64,000 nucleotides of DNA from Octopus vulgaris (GCA_951406725.2 OX597815.1:11160001-11224000), one strand, 5' to 3'; positions 27,360 to 42,172 are shown, counted from the first letter of the stretch. Numbers and translations are program-made. The notes: a model not told the origin generated them from the sequence alone.

Positions 27360-28971
27360 AAATTCAAACTCAGTACAATATTTTATTTCTTGTATATAGA
27401 TTTCTTGTTTATGTATTTTAAGCTTTGAATTAAAAATAAGCTAAGGTTTTTCTTGTTGTTAGTTTATTCCAGATCAACCCTGATCAAATAAACCTATTAC
27501 CAAAGCAACTCAGCCGTGACCAATCTGTCTTTTCTATATCTAGGACTACATTGCACAACTTGTCTTCCTTATTTTTAAGACAGTAGAGTTATATGTGAGA
27601 AAGATTTGGCTGGTATTGTTTGCATATCGAATGACAACGAAAAGAATTCTTCGTTGGCTCCGAGGTGGTGCCGTGAAATCAACCAAAAATAGAACGTGTG
27701 TGAAAGTAAATGAACGCCACACGCAGCTCCCTATTTGTATCCCCACCATGTTTAATTCTGTTGAAAGTAAAACACGTCAATTGTCAATTGTAACAAAAAT
27801 AAATATCTTACATTTTTTTTTTATCCATGAATCGATCAAAATTGTGAAATAATTTATACTTGGATTTACATGAAGAGGAAAATATATTAGAAAAGATAAA
27901 AATAATAACATAAATAACAATAAGAATGTCTAAACTGGAAGAAATAAAACGATGTTATGGTGTTCATATCTTTTTTCATGAGCATTAGTTACACAAGTGA
28001 AGCGAGTCTGACAGGAAATCGGTCGCGGACTTAGTTTATTAATGTAGTCGTCTTGTTGATCTCAAAATTAAAGCTAGGAAATAATTGATTCATGTCTAAA
28101 GTTAATGCTTTGTCGTATTACTAAGTCAACGTAGAGTTAATAACAAACTGATTATTTTATTCGTCAACATTACTCTACGCGTCACCGACGATTAAGAATT
28201 TCGAATAACTAGTATCGTAATCGAAGCAAAATCAGATCTTTATTTTCCAGCGTATGCATTCCTTTAGCTGTAATTAGGAAATCGATGCACAAATATATAT
28301 TTGAAACACTTAATTAAATTTGGCCATCAGAATCGAAGAACGGCACTATTGTATAAATAATACGGTAAATCATTCATGAATTAGACTATCCCTATATGCT
28401 TGACCTACTTTTCCATAGCAAATCCTGTTGTACGTAGAATTCATCACAGATAAAGATAATTATAAAGAAATATGAAATATCATTAAATGACTGATACCAG
28501 CTTGCCTATGTTTACTACAGGCAACACCAGAATCTACATACAATGCTGAAAGGACGACTACACTGTCGAACTGTAAGAAATGTTTGACAAATCTCCCTTG
28601 ACTCAGCCGCAGGGTCTTAGGAATTAACACGTTAGCTAATGCAACACTGATTTCGCAGCATATAGGAGAAAGACAAGATTATTCACTGCCGGAATACATT
28701 TGATCAACGGACTGCTCAGTCAGAGCTGATCTGGGTCTTAATAGAACAAAAACGATAGAAACCAAGTTTCCAGGAGGAAAATAAAAGAAGAAAAAGAGAA
28801 AAAAAAAAACGGTAAGAAGGTGAGGTTGGTGGAAATAATGTCAAAACAGATATGAGTAAGTTACTAAGTTGTAGAAGTGACAGAGAGGAAGAACAAAATT
28901 ATTTCTTTTCTTGGCTTCCTTACATATGAGAGAGTTAAATGCCACTCAAATCACACCCACGATCATATATT

Positions 28972-29030
<59 letters not shown>

Positions 29031-29033
<3 letters not shown>

Positions 29034-29402
29034 GAAAATGCTGACTGACAAAATAATTTAAGTAAGGGAGAGTGTATTTAATTAGGTGAAAGTTCTTTTT
29101 ACCGGCTGCGCATTTGTTATGCTTATCAAAGATATTTTTTTAAGAGAGATAGAGTTCCTTTCTGATAGATTTTTTTTCTCTTATAGATTTTTTTCTCTAT
29201 AGATCAGATAAGAGAAAAAAATCTATCAGAAAGGAACTCTATCTCTCTTAAAAATATATCTTTTGATAAGCATAACAAATGCGCAACCGGTAAAAAGAAC
29301 TTTCACCTAATTAAATACACTCTCCCTTACTTAAATTATTTTGTCAGGATTTTCTTCATTTCATTTTTTTATATATCACAACTCGTGTTCCACATCTCCT
29401 TT

Positions 29403-29410
<8 letters not shown>
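29031..29410 (+). mobile_element. Fold-back element with ~150-bp near-perfect inverted arms and a short 3' tail, in (TA)n
   Basis: 29031-29183 is the reverse complement of 29208-29357. Confidence 0.85.
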
Positions 29411-29461
<51 letters not shown>

Positions 29462-29462
29462 T

Positions 29463-30185
<723 letters not shown>

Positions 30186-30196
30186 ATATATATAAT

Positions 30197-30470
30197 CTAA
30201 TGCCGGGTGATTTTCGTTGTTTTCTTTCTCTGCCTACGTGATATATTTTCGAGCATATATTGTCTGGGAGTTCTTTCTTACAGTAGAAGAAATAGCTAGT
30301 TTTTTGGGGGCTGCTATTTCTAAAGTTCGGTGTGTGGTGAAGCAAATTCTTTTGCCTGACCCTTATTATAATAAATATTGTTTAAATTTACCGATAACGG
30401 TCTTTTACATACCGAATCACTACTTGGTGGAATTATTAATTATTAATTAATTAATTAATTTTACTCTTAT
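30197..30470 (+). mobile_element. 5'-truncated relative of the 29.5/41.6/59.6 kb HHR element group
   Basis: Aligns to 59658-59947; has ggctgctatttctaaagttcg and the ctacttggtggaattattaatt tail. Confidence 0.8.
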
Positions 30471-30471
30471 T

Positions 30472-30675
30472 ATATATATATATATATATAATTTATATAT
30501 AATTTATATATATATATAATTTATATATAATTTATATATATATATAATTTATATATAATTTATATATATATATAATTTATATATAATTTATATATATATA
30601 TAATTTATATATAATTTATATATATATATAATTTATATATAATTTATATATATATATAATTTATATATATATAAT
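30472..30675. repeat. AT-only minisatellite (TATATATAATT-type units)
   Basis: Read directly. Confidence 0.9.
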
Positions 30676-31337
30676 TTAATCAGGCTGATTTACCATTAAA
30701 AAATAGATGAAACGATGCATTGTATAAAGTATAACAGGGTACATGTTTTTTAAATTTTCTCCGGGTTTACGGAATTAATACTTTTTGCGTTGAAGCCTTG
30801 GCTGCTATTTCTAGTGGGTTGAACGGCCTATTATGGCCGTTCCTTAATTTTGCTGTTGAATTTATTAATAGTCTCTGACTATTTCCTTTTTCCCACTAGA
30901 CCGCTGGTGGCAAATAATTTCTGAATTTTTTGCTACCCTATATTGATTAATTATGAATTTTCTGTTTAATTCCGAAATAGAATCGGCAGCTTATATTTGC
31001 TGCCGATAAATTTGGCGCGAGTACGATGATTTGAAAATTTTTAGGTTAGATATAGTCGAGGCAGTAGTGGTGCTGCTTCGTGAAAATATCTCTCCCGTCT
31101 GGCCTACTTTACTGATTAATCTGTTGGCTTATGGAAGATTAGCTTGATTTAATTTAATCAGGCTGATTTACCATTAAAAAATAGATGAAACGATGCATTG
31201 TATAAAGTATAACAGGGTAAATGTTTTTTAAAATTTTCTCCTGGTTTACGGAATTAATACTTTTTTGCGGTTGAAGCCTTGGCTGCTATTTCTAGTGGGT
31301 TGAACGGCCTATTATGGCCGTTCCTTAATTTTGCTGC
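30673..31337 (+). mobile_element. 1.4 tandem copies of a ~478-nt HHR-containing unit (pLTR/retrozyme-like)
   Basis: 30673-30855 repeated at 31151-31337; predicted GUA sites end at 30724 and 31202. Confidence 0.85.
31105..31209 (+). ncRNA. Type I hammerhead with extended stem II and a G8U core change
   Basis: tacttta-CTGATTA-atctgtt..atgg..attagcttgatt(taattt)aatcaggctgat..ccat..aatagat-GAAA-cgatgcattg-TA-taaagta; perfect 7-bp stem I. Confidence 0.75.
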
Positions 31338-31363
31338 TATATATATATATATATATATATATA

Positions 31364-32760
31364 TGATTGCACTTCTGTAGTTGGTTTGAGTATAAAACAA
31401 TAAGAGTTAGTAAAGGTTCTTTAAATACTTAGAGTTAGATTATATTTAGATGTTTATTTCACTTATTGTGTGGTTGATATTGTTATTATTATTATGATTA
31501 TTATATATCTACTAAGATTAATTGTATGAAGTATATATATCTTTTTTTGATAATAGTTTTAGTAACTTTAAATAAATAATTTTGAATGTGTAGTAAAAAT
31601 ATTTTCTCCTTATGTACTATTTATTTATAATGATAATATAATGATAATTAATGAACGAAGTATTTGATTTAAATATAAATTACTTTACCTATATAATAAG
31701 TTTAATTTATTATTATTTTAGCATTTATTTTAAGTATTAATATGATATATAATATATATTTGTTATAAACGACTGTTAAGTTTATTGTTGTAATAATTTT
31801 TTTTTATATCAATCTAAATGTATTTATATTATATATTTCGAATTAGATTTATTTAGTTGTTTATTTAATTAATATTATTTATTAATGAATGTTAGTTACA
31901 TTATAGGTTTTTAATTAATTTAAGTTTATTAATTAGTGGTTATAATATAGATACTGATTGAATTACTACTTAGTTAATAGTGAATGTGTCTAAAAGTTGT
32001 TTTATTTAAATAAAGACTTGACTCCAACGTAACCATATTTTTTAAATATATATGAAATAAATTAATTTATACAAGATTATAAGAGAATATACTGTAAATT
32101 GCAGTTATATAAATTATTTTAATTTATAGAGTTTTGGGTATAAATTATCGTAGTTAATTCTAAATTTTAGGTTTATAGTGAAAGATATTATAGTGTATAG
32201 TGATTCTATTCTCTATTCGTGACTCTGTTCTCTTTATCTATTAAAGCTAAAATATATTCGTAGTTTTCATTGATAAATGTATATTTCCATCTGTTTGTTC
32301 TATTTCTGTTAATAACGAAATTCCATGAGTCTTCCTTAAAAAGACGTTTTCCGTTTTGAAATTTTAGTTAATGACACGCTTTTCGAGAGATAAGTAAACT
32401 TTTTTATCTAAGAAACATTATTGTATTCTATATAACTATTGATTGTTAAATTTGAATTTATAATTATTTTAGTTGTTAATGATAATTTAGATATGTACAT
32501 TTATTTATTATTAGTATATAATTATTATAACTGAACGTAAATTTTAAGATAATAGTTAGTCACTTTGGTATATAGGTCGTAAAAATGTTTTTGATAATAG
32601 TGATGATAATAGTAATAAGAAGTGTTTTATAAAGATAGGTTATACGTTTTTAATTTGAACTTTTCAATTCTTAAATTGTATTTCATAAATATTTTCTATA
32701 GATATCTATAATATTTATGTGTTTTCCAAATGGAGTTGGACACCTTTCTCCATGTGATCG
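31364..32760 (+). other. Possible ancient NUMT of the mitochondrial rrnS/rrnL region
   Basis: Non-repetitive, extremely AT-rich, C-poor; only faint rRNA-like remnants (ctattcgt, ttttgaaattttagttaatg, ctaagaaa, taggtcgtaaaaatg). Confidence 0.35.
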
Positions 32761-33038
32761 GCTTGAAATATTAGTAGGACACCAGGATATTTTCCCACTT
32801 TTCTTGACATGAAACCAACGGTAGTCTTAATTCACAAATAAAGAAATTATATCCACCAATGAGGTGCTGAGCACTAATTTTCATCGATCGACATTTACAC
32901 ACACACACACACACACATATATATATGTACATACACACATACACACACATACGCACACAGAGGCATGCAAGCATGTGTATACATATAGACACAGTAATAT
33001 GTAAGAAATGCTTATATTTATATCTATATCTATATCTA

Positions 33039-33475
<437 letters not shown>

Positions 33476-33484
33476 ATCTTATAC

Positions 33485-33660
33485 AAGGCTGTGAGCAGGC
33501 AGAATCGTTAGCACGGAGGTCAAAATGTCAGTCTTTATATTCAGAATCTAAATTCCACCGAAGCTGACTTCACCTTTCCTCACTTTGGAGTCGAAAACGT
33601 ACCTACCAGTGGACAACTGTAATCGACTAGACCGTTTCTCCATTGTGTCTATAGTCGATA
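33485..33660 (+). mobile_element. Old SINE family C copy
   Basis: ggctgtgagcaggcagaatcgttagcacg head and a degenerate core. Confidence 0.6.
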
Positions 33661-36585
33661 GGATATATTAGATCTAATATAGATATTTTTCAGAAAATGA
33701 ATATACACAGAAATAAACACTGTCTTCCGATTTATCACTTTAACACACACAGATACACAAGTACTCGCATACACACATATATTCTGGCACGCACACTCAA
33801 TACCCAAAATATATTTCAACACACAGAGAAAAAGAAATAATTAATACCAATATAATAACGATCATTCAACCGTGGCTGAAATTATTGGAAATGGAGGGAT
33901 TTCGGAAACAGTCGCCAGAAGTAATATTTTATAGATTACTCTCGTTATTATTATTACTGTTAATTTATTTTTGTTGTGATTGTTGATATATTTTCTTAAT
34001 GTTTATTGATGCCGAATGGGTAATTCAAGCATATAGAAATTAGACCGACTCTTCAGTTGTCAGCAATGTACTAAGTTCAGTTATAGAATTAAAGTGTCAA
34101 TGAAAGAGCTACCTGGGCAGTTCCTGTAAAATCTCCCATTAAATATATGGAATGAGATTTTATGATAATCTTGCTTTCTCGGAGAACATTACTGACATAT
34201 ATGATCTGAACTGGCAAAATTGGTTCACAGATTTGCCTCATCAAGAGCTTCGCTTCTTTAAAACATTCACCACATAGCAATAATACAAACAGAACTCTGA
34301 CCCAACGAGGAAGCCTCTGTGGGGTTACTTGGCTTGCTAGAAATAGGAGGAAAATCTTTCCGCACAGCTGTATCAAATAGATGTTATTGTAAGTGAAATT
34401 TGAATTTACTGTAGTTCTCAATGCTTGTGCTCAAAGCGTTTGAAGTTTTACGAGATCCCCAGCTCGAAATAGCAGCCAAAACTCCCTCATATTTATACCA
34501 CCTTAAAGGAATGATTCGTGAGATAATGCTCTCAAAGATAATCTTTAAATGGCGGGATGATTCTATCTGGAATGTATTTGTTCATAGTCCTGTTCGATCA
34601 AACCTCGTCTGTGGCTAAAACAGCAACCATATCTCTCTTCCGGCATCAAAAACGATTGCTTCTGAGAGAAGGGTGTAAGCGCAAGCGGAGCCGTTAGAAA
34701 GCGATGAAAAGTAGAAGAAAAAGTTTGATGAGAACAAAGAAGTTTTCATTTACCTGATCAAGAATCGAGCATCAGATTTATCTCGGCCATGGAGACGAAC
34801 TAAGTTCCTTTACAAAATATCGTGATAATGTTTGAGAATTTGTATCTGTTCTGAGACAACAAAACGAATTAGATGAAACGTTCCCCCCAAGATACATCCC
34901 TCCATTTTCCTAATAGTTCTAAGCAAACAATCCTGCTTACAACATCCAGAAATAACTCCCATTCATCAATTGGGTGGCGTTTTTTTTTATTTACTGGCTT
35001 GGTCTGAAAGAAGGAGTTGGTGTCTGCGTCTTTCGCAGGTCCTCCGATAGAAAAATCAATGCTGCCAACGTTTTACTTAAATTATTCCAAGTGGAATTCC
35101 AGTGTAGGAATTTAATAGATTCGACTTTCGGGGGGAAGAAAAAACTGAGTGCGTGGTTGATATGCGGCTTAAAGAGTTGGACATAATAGGCATATTGAGA
35201 GAAGGACAGATCAGGTAACTGAGAGCTCCGGAGTAGAGGTGGCGCCGAACAGGCAAGATTCGGTGGGCTAGAGTTCTGAGTGTAATGTTAGCGACTTCAT
35301 GCCAGTCTATCGAATGGACACAGAAATTCTAGACAATACCTCTGTCTGATGTCTAGCTTGCCTATGTGTATCAACTCTATCGTCTCGAAAGTTGGATTGA
35401 TCTTCTGAGTTAATACTATGTTAGGTCATCGCTACAATTCCTGCAAAAGTACCCACAGAAAAGCAATGAGCACCTTTTAAACTGCTGCCTGGTCTTCTGA
35501 TCCATCATCAAAAACATCCCAGCTTTGTACAAATTTGCTCTCTGACATTGATTTCACTCACTTTTTGTGTTTTTTAAACACCTCACCCAATCCTTTCTAT
35601 CATGTTTGAAATTTTTTTTTTTTTTCTATTTGCTATCATTTTTCCTTCAGGTGTGACCCACAAATATTTTAATTGAACATTAACTGCATTAATCTCTGTA
35701 GTGCGGGAGGAACTATAAAGTTTATGTATACTGATTCTACTTATTTGGCTATCTTATTTTGAACAAACTTAACTCTGACGTGAAGATAAATCATTCGGAA
35801 GCAATTTGCATTTGTAATTTATATCATTCCTTAATCAAAATCAATGATATGACATACGAAATACAACTCATGTGTAAAGTTGGTAAATTCTCCAGAAGAA
35901 ACTAATTTGTTAATTTGTAATTACTAAAACAATTTCCCTTGGAACATATAGGTCAAATATCACGAAAAAAGAAAAAATAATACGGAAATTAAATTTGTGC
36001 AGTTCTAAACAAACAGAATAATGAGAGCTATCTCGGTTTCCAAATGAAATATTTAGAGAATACCTTAAAGTACCTGCAACAAACATGTAGGTATGTGTAG
36101 TGAGTTTCTTCAATGGAAGCCAAATATTCTTTAACTGTAATTAAAGTTTGATTATACTAATTAAATTCTTGCATATGTGGGATGTGTAAGCAAAAGCTAT
36201 TTTCTTTCTAGCACTTAGAATTCTCCTTTTAACAACGTAGTTGCTTTTCAATGTTTCTTCACATCTGAATCTAGTAACCGATATAATGTTGCTGAATAAG
36301 ATGTATCAGAATGTCTTACTTATAACCATACCCATTTGATACAAAAAAAAAAAAGGAAGAAAAATTAACCATTAAAGTTTCAGCTTAGGGATATCAGCAA
36401 TAGAAACGAATTGAACCAATAGAAGTATAGTGCACACCACACAGCGAGTAACAAAAATGAAAAAAAAAAAAAAAATCAATGAACCAACAAAATTGCTTCT
36501 ATGTGGTCGCCCAAACTGTTAAAAATAGCAGGTAGATCCAAGTCGTTCAGAAGTTGTATATTCAGTCTAAATGCTATATAACATA

Positions 36586-36983
36586 CTAGCAGTATCGCCC
36601 GGCGTTGCTCGGGTTTGTAAGGGAAATAACTATATAAGCATTTTTTAGAGAGTTATAGCCAAAAAATAGCAAAAAAATGCATTAAAAATGGAAAAAAAAT
36701 TATGGTAAATATTTTTAAAATCGTTGACTCATCGTAGACATTTTTAGAGAGTTACTTCCCTTACATAATAGCGAAAAAAAGCATTAAAATGGAAGAAAAT
36801 GATGGTAATTTGTTTTTTAAATCGTAGACTCATCGTAGACGCGCGCTAATACCCAGAAGGGCTCGATATGAATCACGACTATAAGATACCCGGTTTTGGT
36901 TAAACTGCACCGCAAAATGTGGGAGTAGTTAGGAATCTAAATCATAGGAGACAGACATACAACTTCTCTTTTATATATAAAGA
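36586..36983 (-). mobile_element. Non-autonomous Helitron
   Basis: rc begins TC(tttatatataaaag) and ends with hairpin cccgagcaacgccggg..CTAG between A and T; internal ~120-bp duplication; second copy at 44769. Confidence 0.85.
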
Positions 36984-37554
36984 TATAATAACATTAAATT
37001 TAATTATCGAATATAATAAACGATCAACTTTATTTTGTCAATCTCAGATTTGTCATTTATTCTAGCACTATAGTCTATCATTAGTGAACCAGGGAACGTA
37101 AATATGGCGGTGGATGAGCAAATCAGTAATGGAATGAATAAAATACTTTGCGGGGTTTGGTTACGTTCCTTAATATTCTGAGTTTAAGAAATGGCTCGTG
37201 GGCAATAAAGTAACCGTTAGAAAACAAATCCAGTGTTGGAGGCGATATAATTGGTTAAGCAATCCTTGAAAATGATTTCCGGTATGACCACTGTCTAATG
37301 CATATACATATTTGCAAGTTGTGCCGTCCCAGTTCAAGAATAACATAAATTACAAATTACTCTGCCGCGTGTGTGTGTGTGTGTGTGTGTGTATATGCTT
37401 ACTGGGATACTGCTCAGAGGATTGCTAGGGGCGGTCCGAACAGATATCGATATATATGGTGGAGGCAGCTACGCGCTGCAACGGCGCATGTCCCTATATT
37501 GACTTGAGCTGTGTATTTACTTATACGTATGCAAACATGTGTGAACAATGGCCC

Positions 37555-37607
<53 letters not shown>

Positions 37608-37636
37608 ACACAGACACACAAACATATACGCGCACC

Positions 37637-37689
<53 letters not shown>

Positions 37690-37894
37690 GAGCACTCAGA
37701 GATCGCAAACCTCCGCCGCGGCAACAACAACGTCCTCTCAACGATAATTTTTAAAATGAGAATATTTGAAATAAACTCAACTCTCACAAACTAGAATACT
37801 AAAAACGAACCCGAGAGCTCTAAAAAAATTAAAGAAAAAAACTCGGAAAAATATTCCAGAAACCTTGTCCGGTACCTGATCGATCCCAATGGTA

Positions 37895-38036
37895 GTCAAC
37901 TTAATGTGACAGTCCCATGAAGGGAATAATACTACTGCTATTTAGCCCTAGGAAGCAGCAACGCTTCCTGTCGGCCTTGACACATTTAAATAGCAGTAGT
38001 ATAATTCTCTTCATGGAATTGTCACATTAAGTTAAC
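37895..38036. mobile_element. MITE-like fold-back with ~50-bp TIRs
   Basis: aacttaatgtgaca..ccatgaag.gaat.atactactgctattta and its reverse complement. Confidence 0.75.
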
Positions 38037-38091
38037 AGTATACAACTACTTTATCGTATCACTACTTCATAAATCTCTCTGAAAGATTTAT

Positions 38092-38187
<96 letters not shown>

Positions 38188-38372
38188 ATATGTATGAGTA
38201 TATATATATATATATGTGAGTGTGTGTATGTATGTATTGTATATATATATTGGTCATGTTTGCATACGTGCATATGCATGTATGTATACGTTCGTATATG
38301 TAAGTATTCTTATCTTGTATGTATATGTATATATACATGTGTGTCTGTGTATTTATGTTTCTGTCTGAGTAT

Positions 38373-38431
38373 ATTCCACTGATGAGGCAAAGCATTTCTA
38401 AATGCAAAGTCAGAAATCCGGGATCTGGAAT
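38373..38431 (+). ncRNA. Type I hammerhead ribozyme with intact core
   Basis: attcca-CTGATGA-ggc.aaa.gcatt(tcta)aatgc.aaa.gtc-a-GAAA-tccggga-TC-tggaat; perfect 6-bp stem I, AUC site; element (~38340-38606) ends in a hairpin and (TA)n. Confidence 0.85.
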
Positions 38432-38603
38432 TATACAGTAATTTTTTACACTTAAGGTAGTCTTCTGCTATTTTCAGCATGGCGGTATCTCGTAGATACT
38501 CAGAGTTATAATTTCAATAATAATTATTACCTTTGAAAGTTTTTATTTCCATGCCGGCCACTTGATAAGATCGTTATATAATTTAAATTAACGATCTTAT
38601 CGT

Positions 38604-38663
<60 letters not shown>

Positions 38664-38667
38664 TACA

Positions 38668-38723
<56 letters not shown>

Positions 38724-39428
38724 GAGTAATGGAGGGAGGGAGAGGGAGAAATGAGCGAGAGAGAGAAAGAGAGGCAGTGAGACAGAGAGTGATATATCGG
38801 CAATGAGAAAGTCCGAATTGCGATCGATGCTCATTCACCTTTGAAAGAATGATGACGATCCATTCTAGATAAGAGCATTAAGTAGTTTTTAACCTGAATT
38901 GGATACATAATTTGTATATGTATATGTTTTGTGAGGATGTTTTCTGTATAGTCGTATATAAAAAGAGTCAGACATTAAGTGAAGTATCATTCAATGAATT
39001 GAAGTAGAGTATTACGTTTATTTTTGCGCAGTAAACGTCGGCAATGAGTCGATATTTCGCCGTCGCTAGGTTGCATACCCCCCCCCCCCACACACACACA
39101 CATACACATAAACATATATATATATATATATATATACATACACACAGGGAAGGGAGAGGGGTAGGGAAAAGAGAATAGGTGAGCAAGCCGAAATCTTCAT
39201 TGCGAGTTAGTTTCAGATAGATGTATCCGTGTGTGTGTGTATATATATACACGCACGCGTCTGTGTGTATGTGTGTATGTGTGTGTGTTTCTGCGCGCGC
39301 ATACACGCATATAATATATATATACACTCATACATACCCGAACACAACACAAGCACACACATTCTTTTATCTATCTATCTATTTATTTATCTCTCTATCT
39401 GTGTGCATGTCCCTCTCTCTATATCTTT

Positions 39429-39506
<78 letters not shown>

Positions 39507-39512
39507 TATATA

Positions 39513-41162
39513 CTAGCAGAGATACCCGGCGTTGCCTGGTGACATTCAATTGAAGACTTAGAATTTTCTGTTATATTTTCTGTAATGAAAATATGTTGCG
39601 ACTTTCATCAAAATTGCAGATGACGGTTATTTCCCTCTTTACACACCCTAAAAACATTGTAATCGTGCTACATGTATCCCATACTACTGATTTTTATGCG
39701 CAGATTCCAAAATTCCAGTCTTATTGAACCTGTTAAAAAGATTTTGCTCCTGAAAAATGAAGGTCATAGAGCTCTAAAATGTGAGAGTTAAGGCCCCTGT
39801 TGGGGGTGGCATCTTAATGTCAAGCAGAGAAGTTGAATTGTTGAGAATCTATTTAACTTGGGTCTTATATCTATTGTTTGAATTTCTTTGAAATAGGAAA
39901 TATATGTAAGTTCACTGGGTTTGTAAAAGAGAGCAAAGCTACAGGAAACCAAAAGACGACTGATGGCAATAAGCAGTCAGTTACCCCACCCTAGTTGTTA
40001 CCACTCCCAATGTAGGATTCCTCACCATCCAGGTGACAGGCACAGCCGTAAGATGCATTATGAATCTATAGCAATTGGAAGGGCGTGACCCAACTGAAAT
40101 CAACATTAACAACTGTGTGACGTGAGGGCTAAGGAGAAATCAAAGTGTCACCTCTGGAGTTTGCATATGACCACTATACTGATACGTAAGTGGACAGAAT
40201 AAATTTACAATCTATAAATGTCTTTGACTAACCAGTCAATCATCTGGGAAGGCCTTGAAATTAATGTTACCATCTGGAGACTATGTGTGACCGAGTGATA
40301 ATAAAAAGACTGAAAGGAGATCTGCAATCAAATAACTTTACTCAACACTTTGCAACTGAATCAGTGGAGACAAAGATGCCTCTCATTAACTTGATAATTT
40401 ATGCACCACATTGCAGAAATCACAATGTAAGTTTATGTCAAAGCAAACACTTACACTGTTGTACCATTGAATTACAAATAATGCTCATCTTTTATGCTCG
40501 GGTGACCCTACAGCTTCCAAGAGTACAACTGTATTCGTCTTTGCTTAGATAAAATGACAAAATTCTAACTTGTAAGAAGATGAAATTTTATGAATATTAC
40601 TTCATTTGTGTCTAATATCTATGGTTAAAATTTCATCAACAGTAAAAATATATGAATTGTCATGGGAGTTATGGCCCTTATGCATATAATATAATTTCCA
40701 AATTTCGTAAAGATTCATTCAGTACTTTTGACCTAGTTTTGGATCCTAAAAGAAATGGCTAAAATTTGGGAGTTAAAGATCATTAGGATGTCTTGGAATC
40801 CTCATGAGAAGTGGAAACCTTGAGAATATTTCTTGATGTTTGTCAATTACCCATGGTTGAAATTTCATCAACATCGAAAATTTATGTATATTTTCATGGG
40901 TGTTCTGCCCCATTTAAGCCATCTGAAATTGAAATCAAACATATTGCATTATACCCGCCCTTATGCATTGAATCTAAGTTTCAAATATCACAAGGATCCA
41001 TTCAGTAATTTTGGTCCATGAAATTGTATGAAACACACAGCATTATCCTTCTCCCTAGGCTTGGATTTTGAGTCCCAAATTTCATTATGATCGGTGCAGC
41101 AGTTTTCGAATGGATACGTAACACATGAACACACATAAAGACATTGACTTTGATATAATAGA
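39513..41162 (-). mobile_element. ~1.65-kb non-autonomous Helitron
   Basis: rc 5' TCtattatatcaaag; 3' caggcaacgccgggtatctctgCTAG, like the 36586 family end; diverged internal repeats at 40620 and 40853. Confidence 0.7.
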
Positions 41163-41179
41163 TATGAATATGCACATAT

Positions 41180-41267
<88 letters not shown>

Positions 41268-41298
41268 ACGTGCGCACGTGTGTGTGTACATTATATAT

Positions 41299-41518
41299 AT
41301 ATACCAGTTAAGGACTGAACACGAAAAGTTCTCAAATCAATTTGAGAACATAATCTTTTGTGGAGAATGGCGATTTGACGTCTATATCTAGCATGTTTGA
41401 CTGTCCAATTTTTCGTGTTCAGTCCTTAATTGGTATATATAAATATTTTAATCTTCGGATTCTTTTTTAATATGCTAGACCACTGGTTTTAATTGATAAA
41501 TATCAATTTCTACCCTTA

Positions 41519-41530
<12 letters not shown>
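41299..41530 (+). mobile_element. Short element with an inverted 5' arm and a ccactgg tail, in (TA)n
   Basis: atacca.ttaaggactgaacacgaaaa (41301) / ttttcgtgttcagtccttaa.tggtat (41411-41437). Confidence 0.65.
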
Positions 41531-41549
<19 letters not shown>

Positions 41550-41551
41550 TT

Positions 41552-42135
41552 ACTACTAGATGAAATTTATTGATTTTATTAAATTAATTATATTTCACCC
41601 TTTGTCTGTATTGAATACTTTTACTCCCCTACAATAAAACTGCGAAACTTCGTTTCGGCAGTACTGTTTTTGTGATTCACGTGGTGAGATTTTGGAGGGA
41701 GATACGAATTCGCTTGTCTATATAAATGTGGATATGCTAGTGGACTTTTATATCTTTCGATGTCGTTTGATCGAATATATAAGAGGTAAGTTTTTCCTAG
41801 CATTTCTAGATTTAGGGGAAATGATAAGGAAATGAACTTTACGATTCTAATCCAGAAACGATCGTCCATAATTAATCCAGTAGACTGTGTGGTCTCGTTG
41901 TTTTCCTTTCTTCTTTTACCATATATGAGTTACAAATACTGTTGTTTGTGGAGACTTATTTTTGTAGTAATAGTAATAGTAGCCCTTTGACTGCTATTTC
42001 TAATATTTTCGGTATGTGGTTTAAGCAACTTGTTGCAAAAAACCCTTTATTATAATTATATAATTTTTTACCGAAATACTACTAGGTGAAATTTATTGAT
42101 TTTATTAAATTAATTATATTTCACCCTTTGTCTGT

Positions 42136-42136
<1 letters not shown>
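41552..42136 (+). mobile_element. ~527-nt unit with terminal redundancy and a decayed HHR
   Basis: ~57-bp end repeated at 41552 and 42078; ATGATAA-gga.aat...taa.tcc-a-GAAA-cgatcg-TC-cata at 41821-41870. Confidence 0.75.
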
Positions 42137-42172
<36 letters not shown>

